32,000 nt of DNA, taken from the NCBI GenBank assembly GCA_017548545.1, contig JAFYZW010000026.1:3440-35439 (forward strand). The letters run 5' to 3'. The position numbers and the translations under genes are program-made. This DNA comes from Bacteroidales bacterium (lineage in GTDB: Bacteria; Bacteroidota; Bacteroidia; Bacteroidales; UBA3663). Of this stretch, positions 8,931-16,893 are shown one piece after another (within the stretch, counting starts at the first letter, position 1; the number at the start of each line of letters is the position of its first letter). Below the pieces are notes generated by a model that saw only the letters and a list, made by a program, of their open reading frames with translations, did no database searches and was not told the origin of the DNA.

Positions 8931-10025
8931 ATGCAAAGACTCATATTCTACGGCATCATCGTCGCGTTCGTGATTCTGCTATTGCTGCTAATAGATGTCG
9001 TCATCTATTGGACACTCAGAATCTTTCTACAGAAGGCAACTGCCCACTTCATCAACAGGATTATCCTGTGCATCATGTTTCTCACGGTGAGCATCGCCTC
9101 TCTTGTGGGACATTACATCACGCGGCGCCAGATCGTAGTTCATGAGGTTCAGATCGTATCACCACGCGTTCCCGAGTCATTCGATGGCTATCGCATTGTC
9201 CAGATCTCAGATCTTCATCTCGATTCGTTCAACAAGGATGAAGGTCGCACTTTCCTCAAGAAGTTGGCCGACAGTATTGCTGCGACACGACCCGACGTGA
9301 TTGTCTTCACGGGGGATCTCGTCACCCTTCGTGCTGCCGATGCCGTACCCTTCAGGCAAGCCATCGCCGACATTGCCAGCATCAAGCGGAACGATGGGCA
9401 GGGATTCGTTCCCGTTTATAGCATTTTGGGCAATCACGACTACGCCGATTACGTGCGCGGCTTCGATCGGAATCGTCGTAACGCTGACGTCGACAGCCTC
9501 ATCTTGATTCAAGAAGAAGCAGGATGGCACATGCTCAAGAATTCGTGTGTAGAGCTGAGCCGTCAAGCAGACGACTCAGCATCACAAAAGATTGCCCTGA
9601 TTGGTGTAGAAAATATCGGCGAACCGCCGTTCAGCACATACGGAGATTTGGATAAGGCGATGGCTCCCTTGGGTGGCATTACAGCCGCAGATTCTCTCTT
9701 CTCCGTGCTCCTCACCCACAATCCGACACATTGGCGCAAGGAAGTGCTGCCTCGCACGCACATCGATCTCTCGCTGGCAGGCCACACCCATGCCACGCAA
9801 ATAAAGATAGGCTCATGGAGTCCCGCGCGATGGAAGTATTCCGAATGGATAGGACTTTACGATGCACGTCAACAATCTGAAGACCCTACCCAACCCTATC
9901 CTGAATACCAGACGGGCAATCCCCAATACCTCTACGTCAACACTGGTATCGGCTGTGTCGGTCCACGTGTCCGCATCGGAATCCCTCCCGAGGTTTCTGT
10001 ACTGGTGCTTAGAAAGGAGTTATGA
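8931..10025 (+). CDS. Membrane-anchored metallophosphoesterase
   Basis: Three N-terminal hydrophobic helices followed by calcineurin-like motifs: ISDLHLD, FTGDLV, LGNHDY and AGHTH. Confidence 0.85.
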   Translation: MQRLIFYGIIVAFVILLLLLIDVVIYWTLRIFLQKATAHFINRIILCIMFLTVSIASLVGHYITRRQIVVHEVQIVSPRVPESFDGYRIVQISDLHLDSFNKDEGRTFLKKLADSIAATRPDVIVFTGDLVTLRAADAVPFRQAIADIASIKRNDGQGFVPVYSILGNHDYADYVRGFDRNRRNADVDSLILIQEEAGWHMLKNSCVELSRQADDSASQKIALIGVENIGEPPFSTYGDLDKAMAPLGGITAADSLFSVLLTHNPTHWRKEVLPRTHIDLSLAGHTHATQIKIGSWSPARWKYSEWIGLYDARQQSEDPTQPYPEYQTGNPQYLYVNTGIGCVGPRVRIGIPPEVSVLVLRKEL

Positions 10026-10026
10026 G

Positions 10027-10524
10027 CTATTCCATCTCCCTTATCGGATTGACAAAGATAGTATGGAATTTCGGATCCCAACGCCAATCGCCTTGTGGAA
10101 TAATGGTGGAAATGCTGTAATGCAGATGCGATGGCTTGCCCTTTGCATTCCCCGTATCACCGACTTTTCCAATGACTGATTTTCGGGTTACAATGGCACC
10201 AACGTGAGTATCAATCTCGCTCAAATGAGCATAGTAATGAAGGCGCAGGCCGGAACTAAGCACCAAGATGCAGTTTCCGCCTGCGCCCTTGTTATGTGCT
10301 GTAGCCACCACAATTCCTCCAATTGCAGGACGAACAGGTGTGCCCTTGCGTGCAAAGATGTCGATGCCACGATGCTTGTGGTCACCCCACGGATGCCAGA
10401 ATGACTGAGGGTTGTAACTCTCCTTGCCACAGCCCTCCACAGGATTTTGTATCTTCGTTGGCAACAACATCATAACAACCATCGTTGCCAAAATGATAAT
10501 CAGTGTCCAAAATATCTTCTTCAT
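10027..10524 (-). CDS. M23-family (LytM-type) peptidoglycan metallopeptidase, N-terminal membrane anchor
   Basis: HxxxD motif (HRGIDIF) and HxH motif (SHLHYSI), plus VGDTGNA. Start taken at the ATG at 10524 (MKKIFWTLIIILATMVV). Confidence 0.85.
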   Translation of the reverse strand: MKKIFWTLIIILATMVVMMLLPTKIQNPVEGCGKESYNPQSFWHPWGDHKHRGIDIFARKGTPVRPAIGGIVVATAHNKGAGGNCILVLSSGLRLHYYAHLSEIDTHVGAIVTRKSVIGKVGDTGNAKGKPSHLHYSISTIIPQGDWRWDPKFHTIFVNPIREME

Positions 10525-10540
10525 AATGCAAATTGAAAAG

Positions 10541-10990
10541 TCATTGTTTGTAACGATATACACGATATGGGACATCATGATCGTATGGATTCATTTTCCT
10601 TTGTTTGTAGTCGCTGATCCACTGCTCACCATTATACATGGCTACATGTCCCCACCATTGTGATATCTTCTTCCAATCTTTCCATGCGGGACGTTCAAAG
10701 ACGACCACATCCCCTTTTTTCGCCTTGTAGCCTTTCTTCGGCACTTCTTCAAACTGCACCAGAGGCATGTAATATTTGTACCATTGGGCAGGCAAGATAA
10801 TTGCAGGACATCCTCCCGCTTGCAATGCTCGCATCGTGTACCATGCACACCAATGTTTGGATTTGTTAAGACCATGCTCGGTCAAATGAGATGTAGCTTT
10901 TTCAGAATCGAATTTGTAGGTCTGACTCCACACGACATAACCAGCCAAAATGATAAGTAGGCCAGCGATGATTTTCTTCCCTTTAGTCAT
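10541..10990 (-). CDS. CHAP/NlpC-P60-like cysteine peptidase or amidase, N-terminal membrane anchor
   Basis: TM helix IIAGLLIILAGYVVW. Candidate catalytic Cys in KHWCAWYTMRAL and His in WWGHVAMYNG, separated by GDVVVF. It ends 16 nt upstream of the M23 gene, so the two probably form an operon. Confidence 0.6.
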   Translation of the reverse strand: MTKGKKIIAGLLIILAGYVVWSQTYKFDSEKATSHLTEHGLNKSKHWCAWYTMRALQAGGCPAIILPAQWYKYYMPLVQFEEVPKKGYKAKKGDVVVFERPAWKDWKKISQWWGHVAMYNGEQWISDYKQRKMNPYDHDVPYRVYRYKQ

Positions 10991-11108
10991 ATTCCTATTC
11001 ACCAATTATATAATATTAATGTGATTTCAATAATATATGCTATAATGCTTCAAAAGGTAAACTATACAATGCAAAGAAAAGGACGCGAAACGAGGTATAA
11101 CCATTTTT

Positions 11109-11509
11109 GGCTAAGATTGGGTATAGTGCGACTGGAGCATGACCATTCTTGGCCAAGATTGGGTATGGTGCGACTGGAGCATGACCATTCCTGGCCAAGA
11201 TTGGTTATAGTGCGATTGGAGCATGATCTTTCCTGGCCAAGATTGGGTATGGTGCGACTGGAGAATTACCTTTCCTGGCCAAGATTGGTTATAGTGCGAT
11301 TGGAGCATGACCTTTCTTGGCCAAGATTGGTTATAGTGCGATTGGAGCATGACCTTCCCTGGCCAAGATTGGGTATGGTACGATTGGAGGATGACCTTTC
11401 CTGGCCAAGATTGGTTATAGTGCGACTGGGGCATGACCATTCTTGGCCAAGATTGGTTATAAAACGACTACGGCATGACTTTTCTTGGCCAAGAAAGGTC
11501 ATGCCGTAG
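11109..11509. repeat. Tandem array of about 9.5 copies of a 42-bp imperfect palindrome (core TCTTGGCCAAGA)
   Basis: Unit starts at 11109, 11151, 11193, 11235, 11277, 11319, 11361, 11403, 11445 and 11487, exactly 42 bp apart. Consensus GGCCAAGATTGGKTATRGTGCGAYTGGAGCATGACCWTTCYT. Three reading frames are open only because the unit lacks stop codons. Confidence 0.95.
11468..11509 (-). terminator. Perfect 42-nt palindromic hairpin, probable terminator of the rlmI-folA transcript
   Basis: CTACGGCATGAC (11468-11479) pairs with GTCATGCCGTAG (11498-11509), with inner TTTCTTGG/CCAAGAAA pairing. On the minus strand it is followed by TCGTTTTAT. It lies 74 nt downstream of the folA stop. Confidence 0.6.
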
Positions 11510-11582
11510 TTTAAGAATAGGAATTCCTTATTGGAATTGAGTTATCCACTCAATGATATTGTGTGCCTTGGTGTTGAACTGG

Positions 11583-12089
11583 TCAACTGCGTTTCCACAC
11601 CTCGAAAGTCATGGGGAAATCGTTGTTTTCGTCGGCCTCGACATCCTGGCTGCTGATACATTCAAAGCCTTCGGGGATGGGCGGGATACTGGCATCAAAA
11701 TCCTCGACAAAGGTATGGACGCGGGTCAAATAGATGCAATCGGCATCGCTCCATGCCTGATTGTATATTTGTGCTCCTCCAATCACGAAGCAGTCAACCG
11801 GGCTGTGTTCAATGGCCTCAATGAGCGAGTGATAAACTTCGATACTGGTGCCAGGCTTGAGGTTGCTCATCACTTCCTCCGAGATATGAAAGAGACCATC
11901 GCGCGTTACCACAACATTACGACGTCCAGGAAGTGGACGACCAATTGACTCGTAGGTCTTTCGACCCATGATGACAGTGTGACCTTTGGTAGTCACCTTG
12001 AAGTACTGCAGGTCGGCACGCAGATGCCAAGGCATAGTGCCCTGGTTACCGATGGCGTTGTTTTCGGATGCAGCTACAATAATGTTCAT
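11583..12089 (-). CDS. folA: Dihydrofolate reductase
   Basis: MNIIVAASENNAIGNQGTMPWHL...DLQYFKVTTKGHTVIMGRKTYESIGRPLPGRRNVVVTR is a classic DHFR signature. Confidence 0.93.
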   Translation of the reverse strand: MNIIVAASENNAIGNQGTMPWHLRADLQYFKVTTKGHTVIMGRKTYESIGRPLPGRRNVVVTRDGLFHISEEVMSNLKPGTSIEVYHSLIEAIEHSPVDCFVIGGAQIYNQAWSDADCIYLTRVHTFVEDFDASIPPIPEGFECISSQDVEADENNDFPMTFEVWKRS

Positions 12090-12098
12090 TGTTTCTTA

Positions 12099-13391
12099 CT
12101 ATTCTACATAGAGTACTAGACCCTTCAGGTATTCGCCCTCGGGATGGTAAATACTGATGGGATGGTCGGCAGGCTGATGGAGCTGATAGAGGATACGTAC
12201 ACGACGGCCTGTTTGGGCGGCTGCGCTGAACACAGCACAGCGGAAATCTTCCTTGGTCACCACCTGCGAACAGGAGAAAGTGAAGAGAATGCTGCCCGAA
12301 GGCATCTTCTCGAGCACCTTTGCGTTGAGTTTCTGGTAGCCACGTAGCGCATTATGCAAAACCTTGCGATGCTTGGCGAAGGCCGGAGGATCGAGGATGA
12401 CGAGATCGTAGGGGAAAGCCTCTCCATCTTCCGATCCCGTGTAACCAGCAGGATCCCTAAGGAAATCGAACACATCGGCCACATATGCCTGATGGCGCGA
12501 ATCATTAGGGTAGTTCAATTCCACATTGGCATTGGTGAAGCCGATTGCCTGCTTCGATACATCGACGGAATGTACAAGCTCTGCCCCACCCCGCATGGCA
12601 TAGAACGAGAAGCCACCGGTATAGCAGAACATATTGAGCACCTTACGTCCCTTGGCGAAATGCTCGACGAGGGCGCGGTTCTCGCGCTGATCAACGAAGA
12701 ATCCGGTCTTCTGCCCCTTGAGCCAATCGACGTGGAACTTCAAACCATTTTCAAGAGCCACGTCACTAATGGTCTGTTCGAGCGCACGTCCTTGCGCGGC
12801 ATCTTTGACAGGCTTGCCATCGATAATCAGGTATCCATTCACCGATTCTCCTTCGGCCTCAGCCTCCTGTCGCGCCTCGGTCTTATAACCCAATGTCGTC
12901 TCCGACTTGTAATAGACATTGCGAATCTCTGCACCCGCAACACGAATTAAATCTTCGGCCAGCGCCTGTCGTATATAGTGAATACCGGCCGTATGCGCCT
13001 GCATCACAGCCGTGTGAGCATAGACATCGATGATGAGTCCCGGGAGTCCGTCACCCTCGCCATGCACCAGACGATAAGCGTTGTTGTCGGGACGAATCAA
13101 GCCGAGCGACTGACGCAACGCGTAGGCCGACTGCAAACGACGCAGGAAGAACTCTTCGTCGAACTCATTTTCATCGAACGAGAAGATACGTACAGCGATG
13201 GAGCCAATCTGATACTGACCCAAGGCGAGGAATTCGCCCTGCGAAGAGACCACACGTACCCAATCGCCTTCCTCAGGCTGTATCTCGTTGCCGAACTCAT
13301 CCTCCATCCTGTAGATGGCACCGGAGAAAACCCACGGATGGAATCTCAGCAACGACTCCTCTTTCCTATGCTTCAATATGATAGTGATCAT
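12099..13391 (-). CDS. rlmI: Class I SAM-dependent 23S rRNA (cytosine-C5) methyltransferase, RlmI-like
   Basis: PUA-like N-terminus (LRFHPWVFSGAI). Methyltransferase core (VLNMFCYTGGFS, LVILDPPAFAK) typical of the RlmI/YccW family. Confidence 0.8.
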   Translation of the reverse strand: MITIILKHRKEESLLRFHPWVFSGAIYRMEDEFGNEIQPEEGDWVRVVSSQGEFLALGQYQIGSIAVRIFSFDENEFDEEFFLRRLQSAYALRQSLGLIRPDNNAYRLVHGEGDGLPGLIIDVYAHTAVMQAHTAGIHYIRQALAEDLIRVAGAEIRNVYYKSETTLGYKTEARQEAEAEGESVNGYLIIDGKPVKDAAQGRALEQTISDVALENGLKFHVDWLKGQKTGFFVDQRENRALVEHFAKGRKVLNMFCYTGGFSFYAMRGGAELVHSVDVSKQAIGFTNANVELNYPNDSRHQAYVADVFDFLRDPAGYTGSEDGEAFPYDLVILDPPAFAKHRKVLHNALRGYQKLNAKVLEKMPSGSILFTFSCSQVVTKEDFRCAVFSAAAQTGRRVRILYQLHQPADHPISIYHPEGEYLKGLVLYVE

Positions 13392-13403
13392 AGCTCCAGA
13401 ATG

Positions 13404-14762
13404 TTAGCCAAACAAGGGTTGGATGATGAACTTCCAAATGTCGTTGAGGTTGACGAAGAGCATCAACGCAATGATGATGGCAAAGCCGATGATCTGTGCG
13501 CGCTCCTTGGCCTTGTCGCTGATGGGGCGACGGATGATGGCTTCGATGAGCAGGATGAAGATGTGTCCACCATCAAGACCAGGGATTGGCAGGATGTTCA
13601 TGAAGGCCAAAGCCACGGAGAAGAAGGCCGTCATCGACCAGAACTGCAACCACTGCCATGTATCGGGGAAGATGGAGCCCATGGTGCCAAAGCCGCCCAA
13701 CGACTCAGCGCCCTCCTTCGTGAAGACGAGCTTAAACTGGCGCACGTAGTTGTAAAGCATGTTCCAGCCGCGCTTGATGCCCGCAGGAATCGACTCGAAG
13801 AAAGAGTAGTCGATGTGCGTGAAGACATCGTCGGTCATATAGTTGCGAAAGAATGCTCCCATCATGCCCTCGTCGCTCACCCGCATTGTCGTGGACATCA
13901 AGGAATCGCCACGGTAGAAATTCACCGTAAGCGTATCGCCCTTATGCGCCTTCAAGGCCAAGGTGACCTCATGACGAAGCATCGTCAGCGAGTCGCCAGC
14001 CATCAGTCCCGCCTTCTGGGCTGGGCTATCAGTCAAGACTGAATCGATGACAAAAGGCATACGGGCAATAGCAAAGAGTTCAAGCTGGAGATTATCGCGC
14101 AAGAAAACCTGGCCGATGGTGTCGGGCAAGGCTATCTTTACCTCCTGTCCATCGCGACGCACGGTGACATCGTTGGCCAACAGCAAGGCGCTGCCAAGAC
14201 GTGTGTAGTCGGTGGTTTTTCCATCGACAGCAAGAATCTGGTCCCCGGGACGGAATCCGATCTGCTGGGCATACTCGGAATACTCGACACCGAAAGGCAA
14301 GTCTTCAATCTTGATGATATCCGAACCCCAGTGCCATGCCATGCAGATGTAGATGATGACTGCCAGAATCAGGTTGTTGAGCACACCACCCACCATAATC
14401 ATGAACTGCGCAAACTTGCCACGTTTGGCAAATCCATCAGCGCGATCGGTTTCGGCATGTTCGGCATCATGCGTCTCATCGACCATGCCTACAATAGCAC
14501 AATAGCCACCCAATGGAACCCAACCGATGCCATATTCAGTCTCGCTTGGATTAGGTTTGGTGCTTACCAGCTTGTTACAAACGAAGATTCCTTCCTTGTT
14601 CCACTTGAGGAATGAGAAACTATAGGCATCGAAGAAAAGATAGAACTTCTCGACACCAACCTTAAAGATACGGGCCCACATGAAGTGTCCCAGCTCATGC
14701 ACAAATACCAGAATTGACAGCGAAATGATGAGCTGCAGGGCCTTGAATAATATCGTTTCCAA
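13404..14762 (-). CDS. rseP: RIP (site-2) zinc metalloprotease RseP
   Basis: HELGH zinc motif in TM1, a PDZ region (GFRPGDQILAVDG, AGLMAGD) and NILPIPGLDGG. The only start that retains TM1 is the TTG at 14762, which is directly preceded by an in-frame TAA. Confidence 0.9.
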   Translation of the reverse strand: METILFKALQLIISLSILVFVHELGHFMWARIFKVGVEKFYLFFDAYSFSFLKWNKEGIFVCNKLVSTKPNPSETEYGIGWVPLGGYCAIVGMVDETHDAEHAETDRADGFAKRGKFAQFMIMVGGVLNNLILAVIIYICMAWHWGSDIIKIEDLPFGVEYSEYAQQIGFRPGDQILAVDGKTTDYTRLGSALLLANDVTVRRDGQEVKIALPDTIGQVFLRDNLQLELFAIARMPFVIDSVLTDSPAQKAGLMAGDSLTMLRHEVTLALKAHKGDTLTVNFYRGDSLMSTTMRVSDEGMMGAFFRNYMTDDVFTHIDYSFFESIPAGIKRGWNMLYNYVRQFKLVFTKEGAESLGGFGTMGSIFPDTWQWLQFWSMTAFFSVALAFMNILPIPGLDGGHIFILLIEAIIRRPISDKAKERAQIIGFAIIIALMLFVNLNDIWKFIIQPLFG

Positions 14763-14790
14763 TTAACAATGAATAATTAACAATTAACAA

Positions 14791-16011
14791 TTAAAGCCCC
14801 AAGATCTCACGAGCCTTGATGCGTGCTTCAGCATCGATTTCAAAATAATCTTCGAGCGAAGGACTTGCCACGAAAGGCATAGTGGCCACCGTCTTTTCGT
14901 TGACCTCGGCCATCTGCAGGAACTTGCATTGTCCGCGACGGAATGCTTCGTTGGTCACCTCGTTGGCTGCATTGAGCACACAAGTGCGGTCGCCGCCTGC
15001 TGCCAAAGCCTCGAATGCGAGACGCAGATTGGGGAATCGCTCCAAGTCGGGACGCTCGAAGGAGAGATGGGCATAATCCTCAATCTTGAGTTTGCCATTG
15101 ATTTGCGATGGCATGCGATCGGGATAGCTGAGGGCGTAGGCGATAGGCACCTTCATGTCTGGACAGCCCAATTGCGCCTTGATGGCACCGTCGCTGAACT
15201 GAACCATCGAATGAACGATGGACTGCGGATGAACAGCCACCTCAATCTGATCAGTGTTCATGCCAAAGAGCCAGCGTGCCTCGATGACCTCGAAACCTTT
15301 GTTCATCATCGATGCCGAGTCAATGGTAATCTTGGCTCCCATGTCCCAATTGGGATGCTTGAGCGCCTGTGTTGCCGTCACGTCGCGCATCTGCTCCATC
15401 GTGAAGGTGCGGAACGGGCCACCGGAAGCAGTGATAATGAGCTTGTCAATGGGATTGTCGAGATAATGAGGTTTCTCGGCGTTCTCGTTGTCGTTCTTGA
15501 TCCAAGGGAAGCAACCGCGGGCAATGCTCTCGCCCTGCAGGCACTGGAAGATGGCCGAATGCTCGGAATCGACAGGTAGGATAGGCACCTGATATTCGGC
15601 ACATAGACCTTCGATCAACTGGCCAGCTACGACAAGCGTCTCCTTATTGGCTAGCGCCAGCATCTTCTGCGCCTTGATGGCAGCAACTGTTGGGCGCAGA
15701 CCTGCAAAGCCTACCATAGCGGTGACGACAACGTCGATAGGGCCAGCAGTCACTACTTGACAAAGACTTTCGGCTCCCGTCCAAACCTTGATGGGCAAGT
15801 CGCTCAGCGCCTCACGTACCTTGTCGTAACAGGTCTCGTCGGCAATGACTACAACCTCAGGATGGAACTGGCGAGCCTGCTCAATAATCAAATCTGCCGA
15901 ACGATTGGCAGTGATGGCATATACACTGAAAAGATCGGGATGTTCGGCACAAACCTCCAAGGTCTGCCGCCCAATACTTCCCGTACTGCCGAGAATAGCT
16001 ATATTACGCAT
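14791..16011 (-). CDS. dxr: 1-deoxy-D-xylulose-5-phosphate reductoisomerase
   Basis: ILGSTGSIGRQTLEV NADPH-binding N-terminus, LANKETLV, DSEHSAIFQCL and NKGFEVIEA. Confidence 0.95.
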   Translation of the reverse strand: MRNIAILGSTGSIGRQTLEVCAEHPDLFSVYAITANRSADLIIEQARQFHPEVVVIADETCYDKVREALSDLPIKVWTGAESLCQVVTAGPIDVVVTAMVGFAGLRPTVAAIKAQKMLALANKETLVVAGQLIEGLCAEYQVPILPVDSEHSAIFQCLQGESIARGCFPWIKNDNENAEKPHYLDNPIDKLIITASGGPFRTFTMEQMRDVTATQALKHPNWDMGAKITIDSASMMNKGFEVIEARWLFGMNTDQIEVAVHPQSIVHSMVQFSDGAIKAQLGCPDMKVPIAYALSYPDRMPSQINGKLKIEDYAHLSFERPDLERFPNLRLAFEALAAGGDRTCVLNAANEVTNEAFRRGQCKFLQMAEVNEKTVATMPFVASPSLEDYFEIDAEARIKAREILGL

Positions 16012-16061
16012 AATATTGATAATCTATAAATAAAAACCTGATACACTCAGATTTCAGGGTG

Positions 16062-16069
16062 CAAAAATA
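16062..16069 (-). promoter_or_regulatory. Candidate -7 box (TATTTTTG) for the dxr-rseP-rlmI-folA operon
   Basis: The minus strand reads TATTTTTG, about 50 nt upstream of the dxr ATG. TTCG (3 of 4 matches to TTTG) lies 20 nt further upstream. Confidence 0.4.
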
Positions 16070-16140
16070 CTAAATATTTTTGATATTTCCGAACATATTC
16101 AAGAAAATTATGACTCAAAGGGTAAAATTTCGTTTTTTTA

Positions 16141-16172
16141 TTTGTTTCGACAACAAAAAAGACATATCTTTG
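16141..16172 (+). promoter_or_regulatory. Bacteroidetes-type promoter for ispD (-33 TTTG, -7 TATCTTTG)
   Basis: TTTG at 16141-16144, a 20-nt spacer, then TATCTTTG at 16165-16172. The box ends 4 nt before the ATG at 16177. Confidence 0.55.
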
Positions 16173-16176
16173 CGGT

Positions 16177-16869
16177 ATGAACGCAGCAGTTTTATTGGCA
16201 GGTGGCAGCGGCCGCCGTATGGGTGGTCCGGCACCCAAGCAATTCATCCAGATAGCCGGACGCAGTATTCTCGAACACTCCATCCGTGCCTTCCATCAGC
16301 ATGAAGGCATCGATGAGATTGTCATCGTGGCCCATGCCGACTTCATGGCCCAAATCCGCGAGATTGCGGCTCCTTATCCGAAGGTGAAGCACATCGTACC
16401 CGGTGGCAAGGAACGCTACGATTCTTCGCTGGCTGCCATCACTTGCTATCAGGGAAAATCAAACATAAACCTGCTGATACACGATGCCGTTCGTCCTCTC
16501 GTTTCCAATACTATAATCACCGATTGTATCGAGGCTCTCAAGACTTATAAAGCCGTCGATGTAGCCATACCCTGTACCGACACCATCGTGGAAGTCAACG
16601 AAGAAGGTGCAATTTGCCGTATCACTCCCCGCTCGATGCTGCGCAACGTACAGACGCCCCAGTGTTTCCAACTGGAGACCATCGCCAAGGCGTATGAGAT
16701 AGGTCTCACGGATCCCAATTTCGTTACTACAGATGACTGCGGTGTCGTCTTCCGTTATCTCCCCAATGTGCCAATCTACGTGGTGGCTGGCGAAACGACC
16801 AACATCAAGGTCACCTATCCAGAAGATCTCATTTTAGCGGAGAAGATACTGAACGGGCGTGCCAATTGA
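16177..16869 (+). CDS. ispD: 2-C-methyl-D-erythritol 4-phosphate cytidylyltransferase
   Basis: AVLLAGGSGRRMGG..PKQF N-terminal motif, VIVAHAD, IHDAVRP, and a fold length typical of IspD. Confidence 0.92.
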   Translation: MNAAVLLAGGSGRRMGGPAPKQFIQIAGRSILEHSIRAFHQHEGIDEIVIVAHADFMAQIREIAAPYPKVKHIVPGGKERYDSSLAAITCYQGKSNINLLIHDAVRPLVSNTIITDCIEALKTYKAVDVAIPCTDTIVEVNEEGAICRITPRSMLRNVQTPQCFQLETIAKAYEIGLTDPNFVTTDDCGVVFRYLPNVPIYVVAGETTNIKVTYPEDLILAEKILNGRAN

Positions 16870-16890
16870 GTTTGACACGCCCGCTGTTTT
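16854..16890 (+). terminator. Intrinsic terminator-like hairpin at the ispD 3' end
   Basis: CGGGCGTG (16854-16861) pairs with CACGCCCG (16876-16883), followed by CTGTTTT. The left arm lies within the last ispD codons. The site sits between convergent genes. Confidence 0.5.
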
Positions 16891-16893
16891 AAC

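Noticed and set aside
10027-11100. Possible small horizontally acquired islet (hydrolase pair plus flanking AT-rich DNA).
   Set aside because: The window contains no integrase, tRNA target, flanking direct repeats or mobility genes. The compositional difference is only an impression that I cannot quantify here. The point is folded into the hydrolase-pair finding rather than called as a mobile element.
11021-11509. A 162-aa plus-strand ORF with WPRLGxVRLEHDxS repeats, plus two minus-strand ORFs (11111-11440 and 11266-11502), as possible repeat proteins.
   Set aside because: Three of the six frames are open at once simply because the 42-bp unit (a multiple of 3) contains no stop codon in those frames. 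The ORF starts at a GTG in AT-rich sequence without a recognisable promoter. The palindromic unit yields similar SWP-containing peptides on both strands, and the peptide composition is unnatural. I treat it as a non-coding repeat, though proteomics could overturn this.
11109-11509. Possible CRISPR array (regular spacing, palindromic repeat).
   Set aside because: There are no unique spacers: the entire 42-bp period is repeated at roughly 85-95% identity. The window contains no cas genes and no leader-like arrangement.
11542-11550. TTATCCACT (8 of 9 match to the DnaA box) downstream of folA.
   Set aside because: It is a single isolated copy lying in the loop and right arm of a small hairpin (ATTGAGT...ACTCAAT, 11536-11554) in a 3' untranslated region, and it is not clustered with other boxes.
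12978-14042. Long antisense ORFs opposite real genes: 12978-14042, 14929-15579, 16987-18192, 18820-20292 (490 aa), 25358-25837, 25877-26347, 29864-30664 and 7489-8079.
   Set aside because: Modulo-3 arithmetic on the coordinates shows each is codon-aligned with the annotated gene on the opposite strand. This is the frame that stays open whenever the sense gene avoids TTA, CTA and TCA codons. Two of them run straight across gene boundaries (rlmI/rseP, and CE4/DUF2723). Their translations are low-complexity and Arg/His/Val/Leu-rich with no recognisable motifs. They are shadow ORFs.
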